Assembly (NCBI GenBank): GCA_964187785.1
Contig: OZ076409.1
Coordinates: forward strand, 15,874,001 to 15,938,000
Direction of reading: 5' to 3'
Length of the DNA: 64,000 nt
Source: Amphiscolops sp. MND2022
Taxonomy: Eukaryota
The notes under the pieces are model-generated. The model made no database searches and was not told where the DNA came from. It saw only the letters and a program-made list of their open reading frames with translations. This document shows, piece by piece, positions 62,802-64,000 of this stretch (within the stretch, counting starts at the first letter, position 1; every line of letters starts with the position of its first letter). The translations under genes were made by a program, and so were the position numbers.

Positions 62802-64000
62802 ATGGCTGATTCTGTTGCAGAGAAGATCCAGAAACTGTTCGACGGTCGTCTAAAGACTGAAACAGAATTGAAAAAAGTTCAAAACGAGATCGTTGATGCC
62901 GTGAACAACTCCGAACGTCGTGTCCGCGTGGAACGATTGGTAACATCTTGTGATGAATTATTGTCCGAAGCATTTTCGAAAAATGAGCAGCTTTTGGAAC
63001 TTGCGAAAAAAAACCAATGACCCTGCATCAACATCTGCAGACCTGGAAAAATGGTTACATGAGACAACTGTGATTAATGACGAAATCCTGAAAAAGGCTA
63101 GAGATTACATTGACGAGCATCCTCAGTCGGAAAAACTATCACAGAACTCACGGTAAACCACCACCGTCAGGACTAAATCCAACAAAGCATCCAGCTCTAA
63201 GTCGTCAAAGACGTTGAGTCAGCGGCAACGTGACCTGATCATTGCCCAACAACGTCGAGAGGAGATCGAAAAACAGAATGAAGCATCTCTACGTTTGGCG
63301 AGACAGAAACAAGAGCTAGAGCTTGAAAGACAGGAACTAGAGATAGAAAAAATGAGAGAAGAACAGGAACGACTCCGAAAAAATCAAGAACGACTTCGCA
63401 AAGAACAAGAGTTGAGAGTACTGGAACTAGAGGAAGAAAATAGAAAGCGACTCGCTGGAGCAACTTTAGCCGAATTGGAGCTCCGAGAGGATCTGTCCGA
63501 CCTCAACGCCGACTTTCACGACACTTTGTCGCGATTAAGTGCCACAAGTCACAAGGCCGAGACACAACGCATCCACGAGTGGATTATCAATTCACCGAAT
63601 GTAGCCGAAACTAACATTCAGTCTACTAGTGAAGCACCAGGAACGTCAGCTCCATTTGGAACATTAAATACCCACACTACAGTTCCTCCCCCGCAAACTG
63701 CAGAGAACCAAGCGATCACGGAAGCAGTTATGACAACAACCGAAGTCACAGGTGGGCTGATACTAACTGCTAGTGTCCCACAGACACCTACAAGTACTCT
63801 GCCCGTACCAACTTCTCTTCAAGTCGCACCTCCAACTTTTTCTCCGACCGGAGTTCCTGCGGTATCGGTACCTTCTCTCACCGTACCCATGACGAGTTCA
63901 ACAACATCAACCCGAAACATTAACACCCCGAACCAGGCGGCCCCGCAGCTACTGTCCACACTATTCAACCCAGCAACGTCAGTACCTGTCAGCCACATAC
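62802..64000 (+). pseudogene. Gag-like ORF, disrupted (frameshift in A-run ~63010, TAA 63154), open to window end
   Basis: MADSVAEKIQKL...; ...SSSKSSKTLSQRQRDLIIAQQRREEIEKQ... coiled coil, then a P/T/S-rich linker. Confidence 0.6.

Larger units (their letters stand above)
60669..64000 (+). mobile_element. 5' part of a probable BEL/Pao LTR retrotransposon (left boundary and LTR uncertain)
   Basis: Gag-like reading frame from ~62802 with an S/K-rich stretch followed by an E/R/Q coiled coil, as in BEL/Pao Gag N-termini; no catalytic domain inside the window. Confidence 0.5.

Overview
AT-rich eukaryotic (probably invertebrate) DNA dominated by transposable elements, with a tandem cluster of three spliced, minus-strand rhodopsin-class GPCR genes (A ~17.3-21.6 kb, frameshifted; B ~32.9-36.3 kb, apparently intact; C ~49.2-54.6 kb, first exon not located). 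The left 17 kb is a giant, GC-richer Ty3/Gypsy LTR retrotransposon on the minus strand that runs off the window. It has a 713-bp 5' LTR, a tRNA-Arg-type PBS set 15 nt from the LTR, a ~2.7-kb leader and one decayed gag-pol frame. That frame carries an apparently duplicated protease, an integrase tail with an AT-hook, and two tandem TARG1/DarG-like macrodomains. A further >1280-codon ORF with an SGNH-like domain follows behind a candidate splice acceptor. Also present: a sibling LTR+PBS fragment; a complete young Mag-like Gypsy (206-bp LTRs, 5-bp TSD); a 1.6-kb solo LTR containing an ORF that runs to the LTR end, plus a relative; a CGGBP-type hAT transposon; several Helentron/DINE-1-like (HINE) copies; nested TIR elements; LINE fragments; and the 5' part of a probable BEL/Pao element preceded by a small SGNH-like ORF. 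All domain calls come from visual motif comparison, not database searches.
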